DNA of 64,000 bases from Selaginella moellendorffii (Eukaryota; Plantae; Lycopodiophyta). Numbering within the stretch: the first letter of the stretch is position 1; each line of letters begins with the position of its first letter. This document shows positions 11,070 to 27,741 of the stretch, piece by piece. The position numbers and the translations under genes were made by a program. A model generated the notes under the pieces. The model did no database searches. It was not told the DNA's origin and was given only the letters and a program-made list of their open reading frames with translations. The stretch spans positions 749,453 through 813,452 of the forward strand of contig NW_003314294.1 in assembly GCF_000143415.4 (NCBI RefSeq), given 5' to 3'.

Positions 11070-11240
11070 CTAGAACTATTGGTGTTACAAGGTCTGATGA
11101 GAATCTTTGCATTTCTTCTTCACTTCTAAGCTGCTCTTCACTCGAAAGCACGATGTGACAATGGAACTTGTCCAATTTCGTGGCGATGGCCGGAGCTAGG
11201 AATGTGGCTTTCAAACTTGAAAGAGAAGCTATATTGCCAT
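11070..11240 (-). pseudogene. Collapsed XRN remnant (N- and C-terminal ends fused, about 1.7 kb deleted)
   Basis: 11070-11135 matches XRN 6970-7050 (ACAAGGTCTGATGAGAATCT; SEEEM-RFSSDLV). 11145-11250 matches XRN 8790-8926, including CAT-A-CCCTAACTTT. Confidence 0.75.
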
Positions 11241-11342
11241 AGCCCTAACTTTAAAACATAATATTCGTGGTTTAGGGCTTTTCAATTAAAAGAGTGAAGG
11301 AGGGAAGGCTATGGCGCCTTAGGGTACCGGGGAGCGAGCGCG

Positions 11343-16449
<5,107 letters not shown>

Positions 16450-16752
16450 CTTTTCGGGACTTGAGAAAGAGTTTGGTCCCTCTCTTTCTTTCCTTTCCTC
16501 TCTTACTCACGTATACGCTTTGTGCAGCAAGCTGACTGACACTTAACAGCGCTTCGTTTTTGTAAATTTTCACAAGCTCTACTAAATACGATCTTTGGAT
16601 GTTTTTTGTCAGTTGTACACCCTTTCTTCTTGGCAAACTCCGAGCCAGAAAGTTTCTCGACTGAGGTATCAGATTGATTGAGTCGCATTATTCCATAAAC
16701 TAGTGCGTCTAATGGACTCGTTTGTGAAAAAAGAGCCGATTTTTCTGTCCAC

Positions 16753-18122
16753 ATGAGTCTGTTCCTTCCAGGTTTCCAGTACAAGGCGCCCTCTTCGTTG
16801 CACTCCCAGTTTCATCGCTCCAATGTCAAGGTAAAAGACAAAGCTTTCATTGCGAGGGACTTAAATGTTTTCCGCACAGATGTGTATCAATTCGATCGGA
16901 GTGCTCAGGCCTCGAGCTGCTCAGCCAATTCCAAATCTTTTAGCGGATGATTTCAGGCATCCTCTGGACCAGCAGGTGCTCAATTTCTGCAAGTCATTGT
17001 CTCTAGCCAGTGAATTTTTTTATGCAGAACACGGCAATCTTGCGGGTCATTCCAGGACTTCCTGAGATTGGAAAGCTTATTCTAGGTGGACTTTAACGCT
17101 TGTCGATTTGATTTTTTATTAAGAGTTGTTATTCTGTCAAGCAGGGCCTGTGGCAGAGCAAGTGATGCTCTTAGAGAACATAGCTAGTTCTGTCAAAGTT
17201 AACGACAAACAGGTACCAATCCTTCTGAAGTTCTTTTAATTTTTTCTAATGACTTCTGTTCCAGCTGCCTCATCTTCATGACTTAATCACAGAGGCTTCT
17301 ACCATACTCGGGTTGGAATCGCCTCCAGATTTGTATGTTCGGCAGAATCCCGTTCCAAATGCCTACACTTTGGCCATCGCCGGAAAAAAGCCATTCATTG
17401 TGTTGCATACAAGCATCATAGAGCTTCTCAAGCCAGCTGAACTTCAGGTCAGTAGTTTTTCGTTTTGCTTGTGTACGTCTCTCAAGTGTTAAACTACAGG
17501 CAGTGATTGCTCACGAACTTGGTCACCTGAAATGCGATCATGGCATATGGCTAACGTTTGCAAACATTCTTGCAATGGGAGCCTACTCCCTGCCCGGTAA
17601 GTATCTAAAACTTTTTCCAGTCCAAAGTTTACAGTTTCGATTGACGATTCAAGCAGGATTGGGAACTGTTATTGCTCGCAATCTCGAAGAGCAGATATTT
17701 AGATGGGTGAGAGCTGCCGAACTAACTTGTGATCGAGCAGCTCTTCTCGTGGTTCGTGATCCCGACGTAAGTAGTCAAAACTCTCTTCATTTCTCCGTGC
17801 TGATGGTTGTCTGAGAACTTTCAGGTGGTGATCTCTTTGCTAATGAAACTCTCAGGTGGATGCCCATCACTTGCAAACCAGCTAAACGTCCAAGAGTTTC
17901 TGAAACAAGCTCGTTCGTATGACGAGGCTTCCGCCAGTCCTCTAGGATGGTATCTCAGGCGAGTGATATATCCTTTTGCCTATCGCTCTCTCACACTTTT
18001 TTCTCAACAGGAACGCTCAAACGAGGCAGCTCTCGCATCCATTGCCAGTCTTGAGAGCTCGGGAGATCGATCAATGGGGTCGAAGCACCCAATACAAAGC
18101 ATTGGTGGCTCGTAAGTTCTAG
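16753..18122 (+). CDS. Peptidase M48 family zinc metalloprotease (plastoglobular PGM48-like)
   Basis: [41 protein letters not shown] (HExxH), [26 protein letters not shown]. Last intron is GC-AG (17959-18010). Confidence 0.9.
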
Positions 18123-18209
18123 CAAATTCTTACACAATTTCCAGGACACAGAGCTGTACATACAATAGAATGAATAGAATAAATAAGCGAACTATATCCA
18201 TAGCGGTTC

Positions 18210-19744
18210 TTAGTTGAAGTCTTCTGGCACAACAGGATACGATGCGCAAGTAGCAATGCCTGAAAGCAAGAGAAACTTTTCACTAGGAAAAAGAGTGACG
18301 ATGAATGTGAGCACGTACCACACATGTTCTTGCCCATTTCCATGTAAAAGTATCCATCCAGCCCAAAGGACTCGCCCCACGAGTTTTTGATGATCCAGTA
18401 TGGAACTGGTGCGTCTCTGTTGTATCCAACTGCGAGGACAGCATGGTTCACAGTCTGCGAATTTTTTCGATCAGGTGTTTAGTCTCTCACACAAAGAAGG
18501 AGAAAAGAAAGTAAAGGAAAGAACTTACGTCTGGACCGGTGCCACAAACGTTGCTCGTGTAAACACCCGACTTGTAGAAGCGGAAGTCTTTCAGGACCTC
18601 GTATGCAATGCTAACGGGCCTGTTGAACGCGACCGCATGGATAAGCTCGTCCTCCGCGCCCTGTTCTCGCGAAAGAAAAAGAAACCATTCGTTAGCAACG
18701 AAGCATCGTTGTTGCCTGTGGAAATCGTACCTCGGTGATGTTCACCACGTCGTAAACCTTGGCGCCAATCGAATTCTGGTTGTACGTGCATTTGCCATCG
18801 TGTCCGGTGTAGGGGTAAGAGTCCTCGGTGTCCAATCCACCGTTGTACCTGATGTACTCGAAGGCTTGCGATGGAAGTCCTCCGTTGCAGCCAAAGTTGT
18901 TATATCCTCCAGCGCAATCCACTAGCTGCTGCTCGGACAGAACAACCATTTTCCCTGTGGCTTGAGCGTGAGCAGACTCTAGAGCACCGGTTGTGCTTCA
19001 CGAACAAGGACGAGAACCTGTGAGATCCAAAAACTCCAGCTTGTGAATAGAAACTACACTACCTGAAAGTCCAGCATGATCCGCAGTGTTGCTGGTTTTT
19101 GACAGGACTAACGATCTTATCATCACGCCAGTCTTTCTGTGAAGAATCATAGCTTAGATAGAGGATGAAGAACAAGATAAACACTTGGTTTTTCTTGCTA
19201 CCTTCGATGGCGGAGTAAGGAACGCTCGGACAGAGTTCGTAGTGGTCGCGGAACAGTTTTGCGAGCTGAAAAGGTTGTGCTTTTTAAATTCCTCCCATGA
19301 CATGTCGGCAAACTCTGCAAATCCACAAGAGTCCAAGCCAAGAATGAGTACAAACAGCGCTCGAATCTTTTTCCTTTTCCTGACTTACGGTTCACAGCAA
19401 GCGTGTAAGGCAGTTCCTTCCGGTTGGTCTCTTCAATCAGCTCCAAATTGCGAGAAAACGTAACAAATCGTTCCCGGAGCTCCACAAGCGATCCATACAC
19501 CCTCTTGTGCCTGCGCTCTTGATAAATACCGCACAGATCGAGCAAAGAATAGCCCATACCTGGTAGCGAATTCGTGGAATCGAGCGACCTTGTGACCCTC
19601 TCCGAGCAGCTCCGTGAATCGCGCAGGAGAGATCCCGTCGATTACCATGGAGATGGCGCTGCTATCGTCGAGGAATCGCGCCGTGGAGAGAGAAATCGCC
19701 GCCATGGCCAGAGCCATTGCCAGCGCCATCGCTAGCTGAGCCAT
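18210..19744 (-). CDS. Papain-family cysteine protease, aleurain/cathepsin H-like
   Basis: Signal peptide, ERFNIN-type prodomain ([17 protein letters not shown]), mini-chain [36 protein letters not shown]; ends [16 protein letters not shown]. Confidence 0.95.
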
Positions 19745-19790
19745 AGCAAAGAGTCAAAAATATCGGCTACTCGCCCTAGCGCACTGAATC

Positions 19791-19886
19791 TATATAGAGA
19801 TTCCATCCCACGTCCCCGGAGATTCCGGAATAATTCCTGGCGCCAAAATATCTGCTTTTAGGGTTCTAGCGTGGCCGATGCAATCT
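19791..19886 (+). repeat. About 95-bp promoter/start-codon segment, copy 1 (copy 2 at 22500-22597)
   Basis: TATAGAGATTCCATCCC..GTCCCCGGAGATTCC...TTTTAGGGTTCTAGCGTGGCCGATGCAATCT is shared by both copies. Confidence 0.85.
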
Positions 19887-20768
19887 AGATTAGATTTTTG
19901 TTGTTCTTCAAAACTTCTGGAATCAAGCTATGGGACTCAGGTGTAGGTTTTTTTTTTGTTTTGAGAGAGTTCTTCAATGACAAGATGGATTTGATTTCTC
20001 ATTCAACAATTTAACAGTTGATCACTCGAACGTTGGTCTGATTAAAAGCCTACCGGCGCAAAGCTGGAGGTCGGATAGTCGCCATAGCAACGCCACGGGG
20101 AAGTTTGTGGCGAAGTTCTGGATATTGAGATCTATCACAAGAAAAACACCAGCTTGAATGGATTGCCCAACGTAAGTAAAGCACTGATAGATTACCGCCA
20201 TAAAGGATCAGCTTTAGAATGCTGATGGTTATTCTCCCGGATTTGCTACCTGGGTTCTTAATGCTGGTGAATTATCGCAGAGTGGAGCCACTGTCTCCTA
20301 CCTGGATCATATTGAACTTGGACGAATGACTCGAGGAATGGAAGAGCATGGGAAGAAGTAAGCTTCTCTTACTCTATATATTCATCCTTCGAATCTAAGC
20401 CGCATTGATACAGGTTCTTCCTGTTCTTGTTGTCTATTATGGCTTTGAAGAAGCGATGGTTGTCAAATGTGAAGAAAACCGAGAGAAGGTTAGAAATAAA
20501 AACACGTCCAGGATTTCTAGCTACGAAAAAAAACAAAAGGATTACCTCTTGTTTCTTTTCTGCTACTCGAATCTTAATAACAGATATTCTAAGAATATCT
20601 AGTATATCCATCGTCTTGTGCTTGAAACAAATCCGCCACCCAGAATCCAGCGAAAATGTAATGGAAAAAGCTCTCGAGTTTTACAAGGAGCTACTTCTTA
20701 CTCGTGTTGATGGATTTGCTAATGCCCGTGATGTGCTACCAGTTAATCTTCATACCGCTAACGTTTGA
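19878..20768 (+). pseudogene. Unrecognised multi-exon orphan gene, probably degenerate
   Basis: Starts at the duplicated ATGCAATCT. Exon-like blocks with GT/AG ends (NADGYSPGFATWVLNAGE...; VLPVLVVYYGFEEAMVV...) could not be joined in one frame. Confidence 0.3.
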
Positions 20769-20977
20769 TGTAAGAACCATTGTTTCTCGGGGTTCTTGTT
20801 CGGCCTCCCAATCCCGAAAGTATTGAACCAATAGTATCGCTATGAGCTCACATGAGAATCGCTTTTGTTCCGTCACAGGCCATCAACACGAAATCTAAGG
20901 TATATCTGTGCCCCATAATTTTTTTCTACCTTTTTGCAAAATCTCATTTAAGGATACCTGTTTCCTTGGGCTAGGGT

Positions 20978-22281
20978 ATGGATGACTTTATCAACCTTTC
21001 GGAGAAGAAGCAAAGGCGGCACTGGGATGGTATGATCACGAATGGCAAGGTGAATGGTAGAATTACAGGTGCTCTGGATCATCCCATCTGGTCCCAGCTG
21101 CCTTTGGAACTCCAGCTCCACATTCTAAACTTTTTGCCACTGCCGGCACTTTGCCGTGGAAAGAGCGTCTGCAAGGCTTGGAAGTCCGCAATCCAGGGCT
21201 TGGGATATAGCAAAGCTCACCGGTTTTCCAATGGGCAGTGGTATATCATGAAGGGTGATAACAGTGTTGGTCTCTGTGATGGAAATTCAAGTCCTCTTTC
21301 ATGGAAGATGATCCGGTTACCTTTCGAGATACACACAGACAGTATCTGTATGTCTTCTGCCGGGCTTGTTCTTGCATACTTTCCTTTTTACAGGCCACAA
21401 AATATAATGGTTTGCAACCCCTTAGATTTAAGTTCCCTGGTGAAGCTGCCTCCACCACCTGGTTCTGAGCCAACCATAGTTTTCGTGGCTATCCAATCTT
21501 CAGTTGGTAGTGACAACAGGCCTTGGTTTTGCGTGGTTTGTGTTGGGGGAATCAAGACAACGCATGTAGGTGCACGCCATCTAGTTCTACAAGTTTATGA
21601 TTCCAGAGTTCACAAATGGGTCTCGTCTTGTCGAGTATTCACAAACGGGAATGAGATTGCCCAGACTTCCTTTCGTGACGCCAACGATTGCATGCTTCTA
21701 CGGGAGGGCAAGCTCTACTTTATCACGATCGCAAAGAACAACACCAGATCGCTCAAGTGCGTCAACGTGTGGGATTCAGATGGCAAGGTGGCGACTTTGG
21801 CAACCTGGACGAGTCTTCCCATGGGCTTGCATCAAGAAACATACGACCCCCCATGCCTGTACAATAACACCTCACTTGTTTACTGTGCTGGTAAGCTTCT
21901 TCTTTTCTTTTCTCTCTATTTATGCATGGTTTTTTAAACTGGGTTTCAGGAAAGCTGGTGCTCGCAAACTTTATACTGGATGCAAAGACCCTTGGTTTTG
22001 TCTATCTGGACGAAGCATCCAGAGAATGGCGACCCTTAGCAACAATGCCAAGAGAGATTATGCCGGCAGAGCTTAGATATCTTAGGTTGCAAGCAAGAAA
22101 TATGCATCAGTGGAGTTTGGTAGTAGCGGGAGGTGGGGCAGAGATCACCTTGTTTCTAAGTCACTTCAAGGGATTGTGTTGGGGTTGCATTTACAATGAC
22201 GAGACCGGTATCTGGCAATCTGTCTTTGGCCAAAAGGTTGAGATGTTGTATCCTTTTAAGCCATCATTAGTGTCCATTTAG
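20978..22281 (+). CDS. F-box protein, 2 exons
   Basis: F-box IWSQLPLELQLHILNFLPLPALCRGKSVCKAWK, IMVCNPL, QVYDS...W; intron 21891-21949; ends YPFKPSLVSI*. Confidence 0.88.
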
Positions 22282-22499
22282 ATAAAGTGGTTATTGTGAC
22301 TTGATTTGTGTTGGCTTATAATTTGATTTATATTTCAAGCTCCTTGATCTCTAAGTCTCCTCTTGGTGATCAAATAGCACAGAATAATAATTCAAGTTGT
22401 TCTTACTGAGAATTTGCAAAATGCTCTTTGAAGATGAATTAACTTCATCTTTAATTTTATAAAATTAGCAAATAAAGCAAGACGTCGCTTTACCACCCT

Positions 22500-22597
22500 A
22501 TATAGAGATTCCATCCCGTGTCCCCGGAGATTCCAAAAGAACTCTTGCCGCCAACTGATGCTTTGTTTTTAGGGTTCTAGCGTGGCCGATGCAATCT
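22500..22597 (+). repeat. About 95-bp promoter/start-codon segment, copy 2 (supplies the PPR ATG)
   Basis: Matches 19791-19886. Confidence 0.85.
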
Positions 22598-25546
22598 GAG
22601 ACCGCGCTCGCGAATCGAGTGAGGAATTGCGGCGATCTCGAGCACGCAAAGAAGATTCACGCGGTGATTCTCGGTAGCGACCACAGGCACAGCAGATATC
22701 TCTCGAATTTGCTCGTGGAAGCCTATGGAAAGTGCGGAAGCTTGGACGATGCCACGGCGGTGTTCGATGCGATCGACGCGCCCAATTCTTACTCGTGGAA
22801 TCTGCTGCTCCGCGCCTACACCCACAATCGTGAGCTCCGCAGGGCGGAAGAGATCTTTGCGAGGATCCCGGAAAGAGATCGCGATGGCGTGGCGTGGACG
22901 ACGATCATCTCGGCGTATGCCCGCGCTGGACAGATCCACGACGCGCGGAGGCTGCTGGAGAGGATGCCTCGCCTGGAGAAGAAGTTGGCGCTCACGACGA
23001 TGATCACGGCGTATGCCCAGCGCGGGCATTTGCAGGAATCGCAAGCTATGTTCGATCAAATCGCCGACAAGGACACCGCGTGCTGGAATGCCTTGCTCAC
23101 TGCGTATGCAAGCAATGGAGAAACGAATCGTGCAAAGGAGATCTTCGATCAGATGGGCGATCGAGACAGGATCTCCTGGACCGCGCTTCTCACAGCATTT
23201 GCCAAGAATGGGCAAATTCAAGAAGCGTGGAAACTCTTTGATGTTATGCCCAAAGAGCTCAAGGCATCCAGCGCCTATAACACGATGATGAGCGCTTGCA
23301 TTGCGTCAGACAACATCTCTGAAGCTCGAGCTCTCTTTGATCAGATGGACATCCGGGACACCGTATCGTGGAATCTCCTAATCACTGGCTACGCAAGGCT
23401 TGGAAGTGTGGATATGGCACGAGCAATCTTTGATGCCATGCCAGAGAGAGATGTTGTATCATGGAATTCCATTCTTACGGCAAATGCCCAGAAAGGGCAT
23501 GCCAAGGAATCGCAACGAATCTTTGATGAGATGCCTTGCCACGACATGGTATCGTGGAATGCCCTTATCGCTGCCTATGCGATGGAGGGTAGTTTAGGTC
23601 GAGCTAAGTTTGTGTTCGATCAAGCTCCAGCTAGAGATAGTGTGACATGGAAATCTCTTCTAACAGCATACGCCCATAATGGGCATATTGAGGATGCTGA
23701 GATTTTGATCCAGAAAATGCCCTTGCAGTGCTTGAGCGCGTGCACGGCCATGATCATGGGGTACGGACAGAATGCCCTGGTGATTCCAGCACGGAATCTC
23801 TTCAATGACATGCCCTGCTGGGACATTCTGACCTTGAATTGCCTGCTCAATGCCTACGTCCAGAATGGCCACCTTCTGGACGCACGAGGTTTGCTGGAAG
23901 AGATGCCCGAGCACGACGCTGCATCGTGGAACGTCCTTCTCGCCGCTAGCAAAGATTCGCGTGAAGCAAAGAGGATCTTTGATCGAATCCTGTATAGAGA
24001 CATCGTTTCATACAACGCAATCATCTCTGGATACGCACAGAGCGGAAATCTGGACAAGGCGAGCGCGCTCTTCGATCGAATGCCGGAGAGGGACGTGATC
24101 TCCTGGAACACGATGGTCACCGCGTATACCCAAAACAATGATCTACCTCGAGCGATCGAGCTGTTCCAGGAGATGCCCGAGAAGGATGTGATCACCTGGA
24201 ACACGATGCTGGGCGCCTATGCTCAAAACGGGGATCTAGAGAAGGCGAGGAGCGTTTTTTATGAGATGCCACAGCAGGCACTGTCGTCCTGGAACGCGAT
24301 GCTCGCAGCCTACATCCAATCCGGGCACACCGACGAGGCCAAGCGATTCTTCGCCGAGATGCCGCAGAGGAACATCCTGTCCTGGAACACGATCCTGGGA
24401 GCTTGCTCGAGAGCCGAGGAAGGAAAAGCCCTCTTCGATACGATGCCTGCCAGGGACATCGTCTCGTGGAACTCGATGATCTGGGCATACTCCCAAGGTG
24501 GCGATGTCGCCAGCGCCAAGACCCTCTTCGATTCCATGCCAATCCGGCAAACTTCGTCGTGGAACGCAGTGATCGGAGCTTACGCCAGCGCCAACGATCT
24601 CATCCCCGCGAGAGAGCTCTTCGATGAGATGCCGCAGCGAGATCTAGTGTCGTGGAACACGATAATCTCTGCGTATGCTCGCGAAGGAATCAGCGATGCC
24701 GTGACCCTCTTCGATCAAATGCCCGAGAGAGACGCTGGATCGTGGATTGCTGTGGTGGCCGGCTGCATTGGAGCTGGATTAACCCAGAGAGCCAAGGATT
24801 TCTTCCAAATCTGCCCAGACAAGGAGGCCATTGCGTCGCTCATGATCGCGATGCTTGCCGAGAAGGGCGATCTGGAAGCCGCGAGGAGCGCGTTTGATCG
24901 CCTCCACAATCCCAAGCTCGTGGAGTGCAACGCGATCATCACGGCCTACGCGCAGCAAGGATATCCGAGAGAAGCGCGCGAGCTCTTCAACGCAATGACG
25001 TGGCGGGATGCTGTGACGTGGAATGCCATGGTGGCAGCATATTCCCAGAACGGAGACCTAGATGCGGCTCTCTTCCTCGCGGCGACCATGCCGGAGCAAA
25101 CTCTGGTGTCGATCAACGCGATAATCACCGCGCTCGCCTCCACTGGCCACTGGATCGAGGCGTTCCATCGATTCCGGCAGATGCTGATCCAGGGCTTCGA
25201 TCCCGACGGAATCACATTCGTCACGATCCTTACGGCGAGCGGCGGCTGCGCGGTCGATTGCTCCAAGAGCTTCGTCGCCATGGCAGTGGATTTCAGCGTG
25301 GAGCCCGGGATCAAGCACTACAGCTGCCTGATCGACGCGCTGTGTAGATCCGGTCAGGAAGAAGCCGCCCAGCAGGTGCTGCGATTGATGCCAATCGTGC
25401 CGGATGCTGTGACTTGGACGAGCTTGCTGACAGCGTGTGGAATACATGGCTCGCCCGGAAGAACCCTAATCGCGAAGAACGCCACACGTGGCAAGGGGGC
25501 CTCCCCTTATGTGTTACTTTCAAATATTCTAGCTAGTAGTTTTTAG
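22589..25546 (+). CDS. PLS-class PPR protein, S-motif rich, with C-terminal E domain and no DYW; 985 aa, intronless
   Basis: Long array of ~31-aa units (FDRMPERDVISWNTMVTAY), then HYSCLIDAL...MPIVPDAVTWTSLLTAC...PYVLLSNI. Confidence 0.95.
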   Translation: MQSETALANRVRNCGDLEHAKKIHAVILGSDHRHSRYLSNLLVEAYGKCGSLDDATAVFDAIDAPNSYSWNLLLRAYTHNRELRRAEEIFARIPERDRDGVAWTTIISAYARAGQIHDARRLLERMPRLEKKLALTTMITAYAQRGHLQESQAMFDQIADKDTACWNALLTAYASNGETNRAKEIFDQMGDRDRISWTALLTAFAKNGQIQEAWKLFDVMPKELKASSAYNTMMSACIASDNISEARALFDQMDIRDTVSWNLLITGYARLGSVDMARAIFDAMPERDVVSWNSILTANAQKGHAKESQRIFDEMPCHDMVSWNALIAAYAMEGSLGRAKFVFDQAPARDSVTWKSLLTAYAHNGHIEDAEILIQKMPLQCLSACTAMIMGYGQNALVIPARNLFNDMPCWDILTLNCLLNAYVQNGHLLDARGLLEEMPEHDAASWNVLLAASKDSREAKRIFDRILYRDIVSYNAIISGYAQSGNLDKASALFDRMPERDVISWNTMVTAYTQNNDLPRAIELFQEMPEKDVITWNTMLGAYAQNGDLEKARSVFYEMPQQALSSWNAMLAAYIQSGHTDEAKRFFAEMPQRNILSWNTILGACSRAEEGKALFDTMPARDIVSWNSMIWAYSQGGDVASAKTLFDSMPIRQTSSWNAVIGAYASANDLIPARELFDEMPQRDLVSWNTIISAYAREGISDAVTLFDQMPERDAGSWIAVVAGCIGAGLTQRAKDFFQICPDKEAIASLMIAMLAEKGDLEAARSAFDRLHNPKLVECNAIITAYAQQGYPREARELFNAMTWRDAVTWNAMVAAYSQNGDLDAALFLAATMPEQTLVSINAIITALASTGHWIEAFHRFRQMLIQGFDPDGITFVTILTASGGCAVDCSKSFVAMAVDFSVEPGIKHYSCLIDALCRSGQEEAAQQVLRLMPIVPDAVTWTSLLTACGIHGSPGRTLIAKNATRGKGASPYVLLSNILASSF

Positions 25547-27162
25547 GCATTTTTTGTAATAAACAATGCTAACCAGTTCGCATCCCATTCAATTAGCTAG
25601 ATTTTGTTTATACTAGCCATTAAGTTATTATATCTTTGCTTGACGCAAACTACCATTTCTGGAGCTCAGAACATCTTTTTTTTCTTCATGCTAACACTTC
25701 ACAGCTCCAACCTTCATTTTAGCATTTGCAATCCCTAGGAACTCTTTGTCTCATTGCCACTGCTCAGGATTACCATTGGGATTACCACTGTGGGCCATTC
25801 TGGAGATCTTTGTCAATACTCTGCTCTATGACTCCCAAAAGGTGGTGATAGCCTATGCATGGACTAATGTGCAAGAAATCGAGAGATTGAGCATAGGAAA
25901 GTAGGTGCTATGGACTGATTGAGTATTATAGAGAAGTTGTGAGCTGTGTGATATTCTTGGAGGACTCAAAGTTGAGTTTACTATGAACAAATGGATATGG
26001 AAGATGTGCTTTTGTTACTAGCAACAACATAGCGAGAACTTGGCACCAACTTCAAGAATAAGAGTTCCACTAGGTCTTAGGCCAAAACCTAACAACAACA
26101 CCATGAGAACTTGGAAGTAAAACTTGCTTTACTCTATATTTTATGTTCTGAAATGTGCTTGAAATGCTCAATCTTTTACTTAGTCTTTGCTGTCTTCTTA
26201 ACACCCCACTTTGTTTCTCCTTGGGCATTGCCACTGCTCATAGCCATATTTTTAGCAGAAAATACAATAGAAATGCTAACTGTATTAAATTAGAATTTTC
26301 AAAGTACATCACCATTACATTTAGTATTTTAATTTAGATTTAAAATAAACTTTGGATTGCATTAAATTACCTTAATTTAATGTTTTTTAACCATTAAGCA
26401 GTAGTATTATATACTAAATATCTTATTTCATTGTTGATGGTGATGAATAATCTACATTTTTTTATTATGGTAGATAATTATCAGACAATGAATATGGTGA
26501 TTAACAATATTTAATGATAGTTAATTATTTTCTTTGGGGATGGTAGATAATTCTTAGACAATGATTATTGGTGGGGTGATTAACAATATTTAGTGATGGT
26601 AATTGTTTTCTTTAATTACCTTAACTTTCCACATTACTACATATTTTTATGGTGCACTTTAGATTTAGTTATTAAATTTGAAATATCAATGATCATGATC
26701 TATTCATATTGGTTGATATGATTGTTAACATGAAAAAATGTTTGTTGGCCTTTATAGTATTTATTATAATATTAATTCTTGCTAAGGTTGATTTTGATAG
26801 ATTGGGAATTTTTTTTAGTCTGATGCATTGTCAAGTATTTTTCTTATCAAGGAATGATGATTTTTTTACTTTGAGTTGTATTTTGTGAATTTATTTTATG
26901 AATATAATTGTGAGTCCCCAATTGCATTCATGATAATTTACTTTACATGCTATTGTACATACATTGTAATTAAGTTTTATCATAAAATTTACTTGGTAGC
27001 ATGCTTACTACTGAATTTTTTGAGGTAGTACTAGTTTCTCAAATGATAACTTAATTTAGTTTTAATCTAATATTTTTAACTTATAATTTTGTATTTTTAG
27101 AATATATTGTCTTTAATATTGTCCATCATCAAGTTTGGGCCAATAATGGCCTCAGAACTTAC

Positions 27163-27241
27163 GATCAAGATAGCTTAATGCGACAATGTACAGGAAATTG
27201 TACACAGCTCCGAACCCGAGCAAAGCTCCAACGCCAAACAC
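27163..27241 (-). pseudogene. Isolated exon fragment of a PDR/ABCG full-size ABC transporter
   Basis: FGVGALLGFGAVYNFLYIVALSYLD followed by GTAAGT. Resembles the end of PDR TMD1 (WIGVGALLGF..LFN....LALTYL). GC-richer island in AT-rich DNA. Confidence 0.6.
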
Positions 27242-27527
27242 TTTGTAAGAGATTAAAGGCCATGTGGATTTGGCAGTGATGGAGGGTGGCACTCTTGATT
27301 GAAATATGTGTGGGTTGGGGTGCACACTAGGGCAATTTGGATGATTGCCATAAGCTTAAGATTTTAGCTAATATTCATGGTAAATATAGTATATTGACTA
27401 ATATGTTGGAGTTTAAAAAGGCTTACTTTATCCAAGCATACACAATGAAGTGGCTAGATTCATTTTAAATTTCAAATGAATTTCATTGAAAATTTAAATT
27501 ATTATTACAAAGCATTTAAATAATACT

Positions 27528-27528
<1 letters not shown>

Positions 27529-27580
<52 letters not shown>

Positions 27581-27592
27581 GTATGTATGTAT
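27529..27592. repeat. Compound (CT)n(AT)n(ATGT)n microsatellite
   Basis: Read directly from the sequence. Confidence 0.9.
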
Positions 27593-27741
27593 AAATTTAT
27601 TTGGCTAGAACAGTGTTCAGAAGGTGAGAAACTGAAAGTAAAAAAGGATTTGAAGAGTGCTATTGAGGCTAGTCTCCGAGCACGAGCAGCTATTGTGGAG
27701 AATGAAGAAAAAACTCTCATTGGTCAGTGAATTCCAAGAGA

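Noticed and set aside
17968-18008. ATATCCTTTT inside the last M48 intron as a second AT-AC intron
   Set aside because: Splicing to the available AC shifts the frame and the branch site is poor; the GC-AG model restores the conserved peptide.
25690-25955. Loose inverted similarity (CACAGCTC/GAGCTGTG) about 240 bp apart
   Set aside because: Pairing is short and patchy; no TSD or continuous stem.
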